Shown here one piece after another: positions 10,891-20,097 of a stretch of 64,000 bases of DNA. The stretch is taken from contig CAVOUK010000002.1 in NCBI GenBank assembly GCA_963699585.1, forward strand, positions 72,811 through 136,810, in the 5' to 3' direction. The notes under the pieces are model-generated. The model was not told the DNA's origin, did not search any database, and saw only the letters and a list, made by a program, of their open reading frames with translations. Position 1 is the first letter of the stretch; every line of letters starts with the position of its first letter. Position numbers and translations under genes: made by a program. This stretch comes from Thermodesulfovibrionia bacterium (lineage in GTDB: Bacteria; Nitrospirota; Thermodesulfovibrionia; UBA6902).

Positions 10891-11876
10891 CTAATTTACA
10901 TATATCAGGTTAACAGCAACAGTTCTGCCTAATGCATTATTTTCTGTCTTAAAATAGCCTCCACCAGAAAACTCCCTGTTGTACGACACTGCTGTTTGCC
11001 ATTTCGGTGTTATATTAAATTGAAGCCCTATAGTTGCGTTCAAAGAATCTTGTTCGAGCGTCAATGTATCCCTTATAAGTTGATTTCTTGCATTTGATCC
11101 CGCAGTTATACCTGTTGTTAAATATCTTCTCATACATTTCATCTGAAACTTCTGCATTACCTACTGAATCTTTCCAGTCCACGCTTCCCGTTAGTGACAA
11201 CCATGAAGTAATGGCATATCCGCCCGAAAGTGTCATCTTAAACTCGTCTGACGGTTTAAATGTCTCAGGGTCAAATTGATCATTTTCAAATCTGTATTTA
11301 TAACCTATATTAAATACTGCATATCCCTTTCCAAGCCCTCTGCCGAACTGAAGCAGCAATGTTGTATCATATTGACCGTCTCCCTGACTTAAATTAAAGA
11401 GGGGGTTATCATACTCATATGCTTCAGGTATTTTTACTTCTCCCTGTACTGACATCAGAACCCCTGAACCCAAAAGGTTTGGGAGAAAGATTATACCGCA
11501 AACCAAGAGTGATATCACCTATCCCGCTCGGTCCGTCCTCTCCTGCATATCTCATGGTATCATTTGAGTGCTGCCAGTCCCACCAGAAAGAAGCAATACC
11601 GGTAAGTGTATCTGTAATACCGTATTCACCGTAATAACCGATCTTGGTGGAATTAAATTCCTCTTGCTGCTCATTGAAAGTTTCACCGCTTGTAGTAGTT
11701 ACATTCTCTTCACTATCCGTATGCAAAGTAGTAAATTTCTGTGTAGTCTTGTAATAACTGAGACCCAGCGAATTGTATGAATGGCCTTTTGCCTGCGTCC
11801 ATGCCGCAAAAACCTCGTGTGAAATAAAAATACTCCCGCACAAAATCAATAATATTGCAAATATTCTTTTTTTCAT
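10891..11876 (-). CDS. Outer-membrane beta-barrel protein (MetA/phenol-degradation-like transporter family candidate); two frame breaks
   Basis: Three overlapping ORFs (11424..11876, 11015..11518, 10891..11157) read as one protein; signal peptide MKKRIFAILLILCGSIFISHEVFA; alternating beta-strand pattern and GIGDITLGLRY motif; span 986 nt (3n+2). Confidence 0.6.
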
Positions 11877-11942
11877 TGGGCAGACTCCTTTTTTATTAAA
11901 TTTAATTTATTAGATTTCAATCTATATATATTTTTTATTGTG

Positions 11943-13463
11943 CTACGCAGTTATTATATCTTCAGTATTCCGCTTTGAAATTATATAGCGTGTAATCCGG
12001 TTCGAAAAAATTCCTCTCAATATTACTTGATAAAGTGATAAAAACGCAACATAAAAATATCCCGCCTGAAAAATTACAAGAAACGGTATTGACACATATA
12101 TTCTGTTTATATATGCAAAGTATATATTGAATGTAAAATAGATCCCGAGAAGCAGTTCCAACAGTACCATGGAATTTATTTCCCCTCTATATTTCTTTCC
12201 TACCCACTTGTCTTTTTTCTCTTCGATGTTATACTTGGGGGTCCTTGTAAATTCTGTCTCCTTATTGAACAGGGCCTCTAATACTCCTTTTGCATTATTT
12301 ACAGAAAGCCCTATTCCAAGAGACATCAGCATAGGCATAAAGAACAATCGCGTCTTCCAGTCCTTATACGCTTCTCTCTGTGAACAAAGATAAAAGAAAT
12401 TAATGCCCACGGTCGCAACTATCAAAAAGGGCACATCTGTAACAAGCATTTGAAACCACCCTATATTGATCCTCGCGATCATTGACGGATACATCAGCAG
12501 AGATAGCAATAACATAAGAAGATAGGACACATTATTTGTCAGATGAAAGAATGCTTCTACCTTGACCTTTAGAGGAAGGTCGCTCTTCATAATTTGTACA
12601 AGCAGTTTCTTGGCCGTCTGAATTGAGCCCTTGGCCCATCTGTTCTGCTGGCTTTTGAAGGCATTTATATCTACCGGGATCTCTGAAGGAGATGTTTCAT
12701 CCTTTAAAAATACAAATTTCCATCCCTTAAGCTGCGACCTGTAACTGAGATCAAGATCTTCAGTAAGCGTGTCATGCTGCCACCCTCCTGCAGTCTCTAT
12801 GGCCTCTCTCCTCCAGATGCCTGCCGTACCGTTAAAATTAAAAAAACGGCCTGACCAGTTTCTTGCGGTATGCTCTATCACAAAATGTCCGTCAAGCATA
12901 ATAGCCTGTATCTTTGTCAAAAAAGAATAATCTCTGTTTAAATAGGTCCATCTTGTCTGCACCATGCCTATTTTTTCATCAGCAAAATAATGGATCGTTT
13001 TTTTCAGTATTTCCTTTTGCGGGACAAAATCAGCATCAAACACCACGATAAATTCACCTTTTGCCGATCTCAGTCCGTTTTCAAGCGCACCGCTTTTAAA
13101 CCCGACCCTGTTATCGCGATGGACGTATTGTATATCATATCCCTTCTTTTGAAACTCACCTACGCATTCCTGTGCGATAACTGCTGTCTCATCTGTAGAA
13201 TCATCAAGCACCTGAATATCAAGAAGCTCTATGGGATAATCTATATCACACGATGCAGCAATTAACCGCCTTACAACATACATTTCATTGAATATGGGGA
13301 GCTGGACGGTAACACGCGGCAATCGCTCCAATTTTCCCTTCAGTAATGGTTTGTTCTTTTGATTTTTGTAGTAGAGATATACCATATAATAACGATGGGA
13401 CGCGTATATAAAAACAGTGAACAGCACAAAGAAATATATTATTAAAAATAAATAAAGTAACAT
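11943..13463 (-). CDS. Processive family 2 glycosyltransferase (cellulose-synthase/CslA-like beta-glycan synthase)
   Basis: DDSTD, FDADF, TEDLDLS and QxxRW (FKSQQNRWAKGS) motifs, with N- and C-terminal TM segments. Confidence 0.85.
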   Translation of the reverse strand: MLLYLFLIIYFFVLFTVFIYASHRYYMVYLYYKNQKNKPLLKGKLERLPRVTVQLPIFNEMYVVRRLIAASCDIDYPIELLDIQVLDDSTDETAVIAQECVGEFQKKGYDIQYVHRDNRVGFKSGALENGLRSAKGEFIVVFDADFVPQKEILKKTIHYFADEKIGMVQTRWTYLNRDYSFLTKIQAIMLDGHFVIEHTARNWSGRFFNFNGTAGIWRREAIETAGGWQHDTLTEDLDLSYRSQLKGWKFVFLKDETSPSEIPVDINAFKSQQNRWAKGSIQTAKKLLVQIMKSDLPLKVKVEAFFHLTNNVSYLLMLLLSLLMYPSMIARINIGWFQMLVTDVPFLIVATVGINFFYLCSQREAYKDWKTRLFFMPMLMSLGIGLSVNNAKGVLEALFNKETEFTRTPKYNIEEKKDKWVGKKYRGEINSMVLLELLLGIYFTFNIYFAYINRIYVSIPFLVIFQAGYFYVAFLSLYQVILRGIFSNRITRYIISKRNTEDIITA

Positions 13464-13613
13464 TTCACAACCTCTACAGTTTCAAATATCAGAAATTCAA
13501 GGATTTTTTTGACAATGCATTGTAACATACTGGAATACAGTGGGGCAATTAGAAATTTTTATAAATCAATTATGGAAAACCTTGCAATAAAGTTTTAAAG
13601 GTCATATATTATA

Positions 13614-13940
13614 ATGTATATGCAGCGGAGCAGTAAATCCTACAATAAATCCTCACCAAAGTGGACATCAATATTAAAGGCCCTCGCAGATGAAAACCGC
13701 CTGCAAATTATCCATGAACTTTTAAGACATGAGTTGTCTGTCCGGGATTTATCCGACACTCTCAATATGAAGGATTACAACATATCAAAACATCTCAAAA
13801 TTCTGGAAGCAACCGGTTTAGTAAAAAAGAAAAAAGATGGTGTTCAGAGGATATACCATATTACGGAAAATTTCAGTTCACGTCTGTCCAAAAACAATCA
13901 GGTACTGGACCTGGGATGCTGCAAGTTTATTTTTAAATGA
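13614..13940 (+). CDS. ArsR/SmtB-family transcriptional regulator (no alpha3 Cys motif)
   Basis: LKALADENRLQIIHELLRHELSVRDLSDTLNMKDYNISKHLKILEATGLV winged-helix signature. Confidence 0.85.
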   Translation: MYMQRSSKSYNKSSPKWTSILKALADENRLQIIHELLRHELSVRDLSDTLNMKDYNISKHLKILEATGLVKKKKDGVQRIYHITENFSSRLSKNNQVLDLGCCKFIFK

Positions 13941-14044
13941 TCAGGTAAAAGCAGGACCAGCAATTATACCCACTCATCAAGCCGGCAAGCTCTGGCCGGC
14001 AGATCACATTTCACAAAATGACAGATTGTTTAGTAATATAATTT

Positions 14045-17000
14045 ATGGCGAAACAACAGAAAAGATACGGGATGCTGGTTAACCTTGATAAATGCATCGG
14101 TTGTTATGCCTGTCAGGTAACATGCAAGGCCGAGTACAACATTCCTTTTGGAACATTCCGGTGCAGGGTTGAAACACATCAGTCAGGGAGTTACCCGGAC
14201 ATCAGAAAGTTTTTTCTGCCCCGCCTTTGTAACCATTGCGACTTCGCCCCATGCATTGAAGAATGCAAAGGAAAAGCGCTCTATAAAAATCAGGACGGCG
14301 TCGTGGTTTCAAACAGCAGTAACTGCATTGGCTGCAAAATATGCGTTGATAAATGCCCATATAATGCCATCGAGATAAATCCTGTAACCGGAAAATCTGA
14401 AAAATGCGATTTTTGTTACGAAAGGCTGGCAAAAGAACTTCTTCCTGTATGCGTACAAAGTTGTATGGGAAAGGCTATTCTGTTCGGTGATATCAATGAT
14501 CCCAAAAGCGCAATATCCCTGGAATTGACAAAACATCAGTTAAAGGTTTTAAATCCCGAATTAGGAACAAGTCCTTCAATTTTTTACATTTCAAGAGATG
14601 ATACAGGAAGTACAGCATTGAAAGACCGCATAATTACTACAGGGCCCTCCACACGCCGTATTAAGGTTAAACAACCTTCCGGACCATTGCTGAATAAAAC
14701 CAGATTAGTATTTTCATCTGACGCCATGTGCCCTTCTGAATGCGGCATATCCGTGGCTGTAGAAAACGGTATTGCAAAGAAGATATACGGCAATCCGCAC
14801 ACACTTATTAATAATGGAACATTCTGCGCAAAAGGCGCATCCGGCCTTCAGCTCACATATTCCCCGCACAGGATAAAAACTCCGTTAATAAGGACCGGCG
14901 AAAGAGGAGAGGATAAATGGAAGGAAATCACATGGGAAGAGGCTTCCGATCATATCGCAAAAAAACTGATATCAATAAAACACAAATACGGCCCTGAGTC
15001 AGTATTTCTTGATTGCGGTGATGTGACTGACAGAGAGGCCTTTTACAGGCTGTTTCATGCATTCGGCACTCCAAACACTTACAATCACGGAAGCATCTGT
15101 GATCCAAACCGAAGATGGGGATATGGCATTATGACAGGCGATGAAAGACTTCTGCCTGATGTTCAGAGGCCTGTTCTTATGCGAAATGACGACGGCGAGA
15201 TGCATCTGAAAAGATCACACGATGCAAAGCTTGTTCTGAATATAGGCGCAAATCCCTTTGTTGCAACAAGATATAATTATATGTCAAACGGTATTCCGGC
15301 AGCTCGGGAAGAGACCGGATGCTTATACATTGTGATCGACCCTGCATATACCAATTCCGCTGCTAAAGCGGATATATGGCTTTCCATAATCCCGGGATCC
15401 GATGCCGCTCTGCTTGCGGGGATGCTTTATTACATTATCCGGAACGATTCGGAGCAGAAATATATAGCTCACGACTTTATAAAAAACTATACCGGCCATT
15501 GGGAGGAGTTTAAAGATGCATTCCTCTCTTACTCTAAAGCAGCAGACCCTTCAAATGGCTTACACTTTTTCACTACAGAATGGACCTCGGAAAAAACAGG
15601 CATCTCTGCAGAGAACATTATGAAGATATCTCACCTTTTCGGCAGCACAAAACCTGCATCAATAGAGATAGGGATGCACGGCACCGCGCATCATACAAAC
15701 GGAGATATCACCTCTATAATTTCTACAGCGCTCTGCATAATCACAGGCAATGTTGATGTCCCCGGCGGGCTGGTATTCACTGAATCTCTGAAACCGAAAA
15801 GGGGAAACATCGCCAGCGGAAAGGCATTTCTTGACAAGGTCGTCAGCAGAAAGATCAACGATATAAATATTGAGGGGAAACTTTCTGAGCTGCATAAAGA
15901 CCTTTACGGCGACTTCCCGGCCGCATGGAAAGGAGTGCTTACTGATCTGCCGCAAAAAATAAGGAAGGGAATAAAACTGAATCACGGGCCCTTTAAAGAT
16001 CATTGCTATCCTGTCAAGGCTTTTATAACTCGGGCTGGAAATCCTGTCATTACTGCAGGCAGCACCCCTGACTGGATCGATGCGGTAACGGTAAAGAACA
16101 ATCCCCTTTTGCCCCACTTCAATCATGATGCAACAGAAGAGCTTTTGAATGAATATCAGCTTGAATTAATGGTCTTTATAGACACTCATATTACAGACAC
16201 CGGTAAATTTGCTGATATTATACTTCCTGAAGCCGGATTCCTCGAAAGAATGGGAGTAAGCGATGTTTACACCATGAGCCCTGAAATAGCTATCAGGGAC
16301 CAGGTTATAAAACCTCTTTATGAATCAAAGACGCCCTTTGAAATTATGATAGCTATTTCTGATGCTTTGATAAAAAATGGCGATCAGGATATCAAAGCAG
16401 ATGATTTCAGTCATAAATATAAGAACGAAGAAGATTTCATAAATGAGGTCCTTTCTGAAACTCCGGGGATCCACAATATAGGAGACCCTCTCCCATATCC
16501 TGACCTTCCAGAAGGATGTCTGATGATCGGAACACCTGATAATCCAACAGCGGTCTGGGGAAAGAAGATAATAAAACATGGAGAACTCCTCACTGTTGAC
16601 TGGCTCAGAAAAAATAACGGCGTTGCGATCTGGCCGGCAAGCTATCACAGATACAAAAGATCGGATGGTTCGCCATCCGGTATATATCCCAAGACCGGTT
16701 CAAAGAAGTTTGAATTTAAATTCAGTTACCTTGAGGACATCAATAATAAGTTCGGTACGGATTTCCCGGTCACATTCTACTGGAATGATTGCAAGTGGAA
16801 TCCAAAAAACTCATTATTCAAAGAATTAAGCAGAGAATATCCCTTCCAGTTGATCAGCGGAAGGGTCCACTATGCGATGACCATGACTGCAATATGTCCT
16901 CATCTTGCTGAAACAGAGACTGAATGCATGAAATACCTTAATAACGATTTCACTCACGATGAAAATCATTTTGCTGCAGGAACAGTTTCAATACCGGTCT

Positions 17001-17305
17001 TTGCAATTAATAAAGCAGACGGCGGGCGTTTAAATATAAAAACAGGCGATATCGTAATCCTCGAAACACCTTTCAAAAAGCGGGTAAAAGGAAAGGCATT
17101 CCTGACAGAAGAGGTCATGCCGGGAGTCATTAAAACCGCCTTCGGCCCCGGAGGACAAAAGGCCTCGGGACTGGGCTTTCAGAACAATCTCTCCGAATAC
17201 ACTCCGAACATCAACCAATGCTTTGACCCTGAAAACATTTCTCCCTTCACCGGCATGCCGGGATTTGGGGATATAATGGTGAAGGTCCTGAAAGGGTCCT
17301 CTTAA
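14045..17305 (+). CDS. Fused 4x[4Fe-4S] ferredoxin-type (DmsB/PsrB/NrfC-like) + molybdopterin (DMSO reductase family) oxidoreductase; no Tat signal
   Basis: The first ~190 aa carry four Cys clusters (CIGCYACQVTC.., CNHCDFAPC, CIGCKICVDKC, CDFC..C). Then comes an FS0-like motif D-x2-C-x3-C-x27-C (DAMCPSECG..FCAKG) and an ~870-aa MopB-type catalytic region. Intact 1086-aa ORF. Confidence 0.85.
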   Translation: MAKQQKRYGMLVNLDKCIGCYACQVTCKAEYNIPFGTFRCRVETHQSGSYPDIRKFFLPRLCNHCDFAPCIEECKGKALYKNQDGVVVSNSSNCIGCKICVDKCPYNAIEINPVTGKSEKCDFCYERLAKELLPVCVQSCMGKAILFGDINDPKSAISLELTKHQLKVLNPELGTSPSIFYISRDDTGSTALKDRIITTGPSTRRIKVKQPSGPLLNKTRLVFSSDAMCPSECGISVAVENGIAKKIYGNPHTLINNGTFCAKGASGLQLTYSPHRIKTPLIRTGERGEDKWKEITWEEASDHIAKKLISIKHKYGPESVFLDCGDVTDREAFYRLFHAFGTPNTYNHGSICDPNRRWGYGIMTGDERLLPDVQRPVLMRNDDGEMHLKRSHDAKLVLNIGANPFVATRYNYMSNGIPAAREETGCLYIVIDPAYTNSAAKADIWLSIIPGSDAALLAGMLYYIIRNDSEQKYIAHDFIKNYTGHWEEFKDAFLSYSKAADPSNGLHFFTTEWTSEKTGISAENIMKISHLFGSTKPASIEIGMHGTAHHTNGDITSIISTALCIITGNVDVPGGLVFTESLKPKRGNIASGKAFLDKVVSRKINDINIEGKLSELHKDLYGDFPAAWKGVLTDLPQKIRKGIKLNHGPFKDHCYPVKAFITRAGNPVITAGSTPDWIDAVTVKNNPLLPHFNHDATEELLNEYQLELMVFIDTHITDTGKFADIILPEAGFLERMGVSDVYTMSPEIAIRDQVIKPLYESKTPFEIMIAISDALIKNGDQDIKADDFSHKYKNEEDFINEVLSETPGIHNIGDPLPYPDLPEGCLMIGTPDNPTAVWGKKIIKHGELLTVDWLRKNNGVAIWPASYHRYKRSDGSPSGIYPKTGSKKFEFKFSYLEDINNKFGTDFPVTFYWNDCKWNPKNSLFKELSREYPFQLISGRVHYAMTMTAICPHLAETETECMKYLNNDFTHDENHFAAGTVSIPVFAINKADGGRLNIKTGDIVILETPFKKRVKGKAFLTEEVMPGVIKTAFGPGGQKASGLGFQNNLSEYTPNINQCFDPENISPFTGMPGFGDIMVKVLKGSS

Positions 17306-17320
17306 CAAAAGATTCCTTTT

Positions 17321-18829
17321 TCAACTAATTTTATGCTTTCGCAATTCCGTCTTCTTTATCTTCCCGGTCGCTGTCTTTGGGAATTCATCTATAAATATTA
17401 TCTTCCTGGGGTTCTTGAACTTCGCGATTCGCCCTTTCAGATAATTCCGTATTTCTGTTTCACCGATAACCGCATCATCCTTTTTCCTGATATAAAGTAT
17501 CGGCGTCTCTGAACCCCTGCCGTCCGGAATGCCGACCATTGCGCATTCTTCGACCGAAGGGTGCTTTAAGATAAAATCCTCGACTTCCCGGGGGTAGACA
17601 TTCATCCCGTCAACAATGATAAGGTCCTTTTTCCTGTCAACTATGTATATGTATCCATCCTCATCGGTCCTTGCCAGGTCTCCGGTATAAAGCCATCCAT
17701 CCTTCAATACCGCTTCAGTTTCTTCAGGTTTGTTGAAATACCCCTTCATTACATTGGGACCCTTTACGATCAGCTCGCCTGTTTGACCGGCAGGCAATTT
17801 TCTGCCGTCTTCTCCAATGACCGCAACTTCAACTCCCGGAACAGGCGGTCCAACTGATGCAGGCTTCCTAACGCCTTTCAGCGGATTAACTGCAACGACG
17901 GGAGATGCCTCAGTAAGCCCGTAACCCTCGATCAGGGGGATATTGAAACGTTTTTCAAAGGCATGGATCGTATCTTCCGGCAAAGCTGCTGCGCCTGAGA
18001 TACAGGCCCTGATGTTTATCAGTAATTTGAACAGGCATCTCACAACAAAGGGCATCCTCTTTTTAGAAAGAACATTATATACAGTTGGGACCGCAACAAA
18101 TAAGGTTATCCTGTCCCTGAAAATACTGTTTATCACCTTTGAGAACGGCTTTACAGATCTCAGCAACACAATTCGTGCGCCTGCATATATTGGAAGGATC
18201 ACACATACTGTAAAGCTGAAGGAATGGAACATTGGGAGAAAGAGCAATATCCTGTCTTTACCTGAAACATTCATGACCTTCATGCTGGCCTCAGCATTGG
18301 ATAAAAGATTGCGGTGGGTAAGCATTGCGCCTTTGGGAAAACCCGTGGTTCCTGATGTATACAACAATACAGCAACTTCATCATCGTTTAATCCTCTCTC
18401 ACCCCCCTTCAACAAAGGGGGGATGTGTGGGATTTTTGGTATCTCACTGAAATCTACAGCTTTTAATGAGGGGATTATCTTCCTTATCTTTTCTGCGTGG
18501 GATGAAAACGCATTATTGTAGATAAGATATTTACAGTTGCTGTCATTAAGTATGTAGGAGATTTCATCCGGAGTGAGGAAGTTGTTTATAGGGACAGATA
18601 TACCGCCTGCCCTGAGAATCGCAAAATATGAAACTATATATTCAGGGCAATTGTCCATCAGGACCGCAATTTTGTCGCTATATTCAACTCCAAGAGACTT
18701 AAGGCCGCCGGCGATATTAGTGACAAGATCATCTATTGCGGAGTAAGTAAACTTTTTATTTTCAAAAGTTATACAGACCTTATCAGGGATGCTTTTTGCC
18801 TTTTCTGATAATAACGTGCTCAGTGTCAT
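17321..18829 (-). CDS. Long-chain-fatty-acid--CoA ligase / AMP-dependent acyl-CoA synthetase
   Basis: AMP-binding motif LLYTSGTTGFPKGAMLTHRNL; ..GYGLTE..; C-terminal ..PKTATGKIKK. Confidence 0.9.
   Translation of the reverse strand: MTLSTLLSEKAKSIPDKVCITFENKKFTYSAIDDLVTNIAGGLKSLGVEYSDKIAVLMDNCPEYIVSYFAILRAGGISVPINNFLTPDEISYILNDSNCKYLIYNNAFSSHAEKIRKIIPSLKAVDFSEIPKIPHIPPLLKGGERGLNDDEVAVLLYTSGTTGFPKGAMLTHRNLLSNAEASMKVMNVSGKDRILLFLPMFHSFSFTVCVILPIYAGARIVLLRSVKPFSKVINSIFRDRITLFVAVPTVYNVLSKKRMPFVVRCLFKLLINIRACISGAAALPEDTIHAFEKRFNIPLIEGYGLTEASPVVAVNPLKGVRKPASVGPPVPGVEVAVIGEDGRKLPAGQTGELIVKGPNVMKGYFNKPEETEAVLKDGWLYTGDLARTDEDGYIYIVDRKKDLIIVDGMNVYPREVEDFILKHPSVEECAMVGIPDGRGSETPILYIRKKDDAVIGETEIRNYLKGRIAKFKNPRKIIFIDEFPKTATGKIKKTELRKHKIS
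18402..18422. repeat. G/C-run palindrome (CCCCCCTT-caaca-AAGGGGGG) lying in-frame inside the acyl-CoA synthetase gene
   Basis: 8-bp perfect arms with a 5-nt loop; encodes the ..PHIPPLLKGGERG.. segment just before the AMP-binding motif; related C5-6TT..AAG5-6 palindromes occur intergenically at 32636-32680 and 34727-34746. Confidence 0.7.
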
Positions 18830-19201
18830 GATGGTTTATGCGCAATTTTATAATCCTGAATACATAATATCATAGAGCTTATTATTCATGGTGAATTCCA
18901 TTCCGATGGTTGCAGACATGGAAGGCTGTGGAAGAATTTCTACCCGCCTACCGGCAGGCAGGTACGACACCTCTAAAGAGTAGTCAGTAGACAGCAATCA
19001 GTAGTCGGGGGAAGAAAAACAGCATAATTGCCCTGAAGAAAAAATGTAATAATCCTATTGTCGATTATAGAAATTCTGGAACAGGCTTCCATGTCTTCTG
19101 AATAATATCTCTGTCCAAAAGTCCCCTGGAACAAAAAGTAATGAAGATTTTGTATACTATGAAGAATTAAAAATGCCTGTGTATTCATCGAACCTTTTTA
19201 A

Positions 19202-20089
19202 ATGGATTTAAATCTCTACCTAAAAGAAAAAAGGAAGTCGGTCGACGATTTCCTCAAGAAATATACCGCTTCCAGAAAAAAGCAGAAAGATTGCCCGGAA
19301 CAATTGAGCGAGGCCATGGGCTATTCTCTGATGGCAGGCGGCAAACGGGTAAGGCCCATCCTGGCGCTTGCCAGTTATGCGGCCGCGGGAGGAAGATCGG
19401 ACAATATCCTTCCTGTTGCTGCGGCAATTGAGCTTATACATACCTATTCACTCATACATGACGACCTCCCGGCAATGGACAATGATGATTTCAGAAGAAA
19501 CAAACCGACAGCGCATAAAGTTTTTGGAGAAGCAACCGCGATCCTTGCAGGTGATGCATTATTGACAGACGCCTTTAATATTATTTCCGGAGCCAAAGCA
19601 GATCCCGGGAAATTGATCCGCGTGATCCATGAACTCTCCAGGGCCTCAGGGCCTGAAGGCATGGTTGGAGGGCAAACAGCAGATATCATGCTCGAATCCA
19701 AAAAAGCAAAAAAGAAAGATATCATATATATTCATACACATAAAACAGGAGCGCTTATACGGGCTTCCGTCCGTATAGGGGCAATTATGGCTGATTCCCC
19801 TGTGGATAAACTTTCATCCCTGACAAAATATGCGGAAAAAACAGGGCTTGCATTTCAGATTATAGATGATATCCTTGATATAACAGGGACCAAAGAGGAA
19901 CTCGGAAAGCCAACAGGTTCGGATGATGCAAAAGGTAAAAACACATATCCCTCAACATTCGGCCTTAAAGAATCGGAGAAAATAGCTGAACAACTTATAA
20001 AAGACTCTTTGAAGTCATTAAAGGCTTTCGATAAGAAGGCAGACCCATTGAGGGAAATAGCAAAATATATTTTATTGAGAAGGAATTAA
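19202..20089 (+). CDS. ispA: (2E,6E)-farnesyl/geranylgeranyl diphosphate synthase
   Basis: Two Asp-rich motifs ([16 protein letters not shown] and FQIIDDILD); 295 aa; directly upstream of dxs. Confidence 0.9.
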   Translation: MDLNLYLKEKRKSVDDFLKKYTASRKKQKDCPEQLSEAMGYSLMAGGKRVRPILALASYAAAGGRSDNILPVAAAIELIHTYSLIHDDLPAMDNDDFRRNKPTAHKVFGEATAILAGDALLTDAFNIISGAKADPGKLIRVIHELSRASGPEGMVGGQTADIMLESKKAKKKDIIYIHTHKTGALIRASVRIGAIMADSPVDKLSSLTKYAEKTGLAFQIIDDILDITGTKEELGKPTGSDDAKGKNTYPSTFGLKESEKIAEQLIKDSLKSLKAFDKKADPLREIAKYILLRRN

Positions 20090-20097
20090 CTGCAACA

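Noticed and set aside
13941-14044. Moco riboswitch or other leader element upstream of the molybdopterin enzyme
   Set aside because: Only a simple GCCGGC-n8-GCCGGC hairpin is present, and I could not recognise any Moco-riboswitch conserved blocks.
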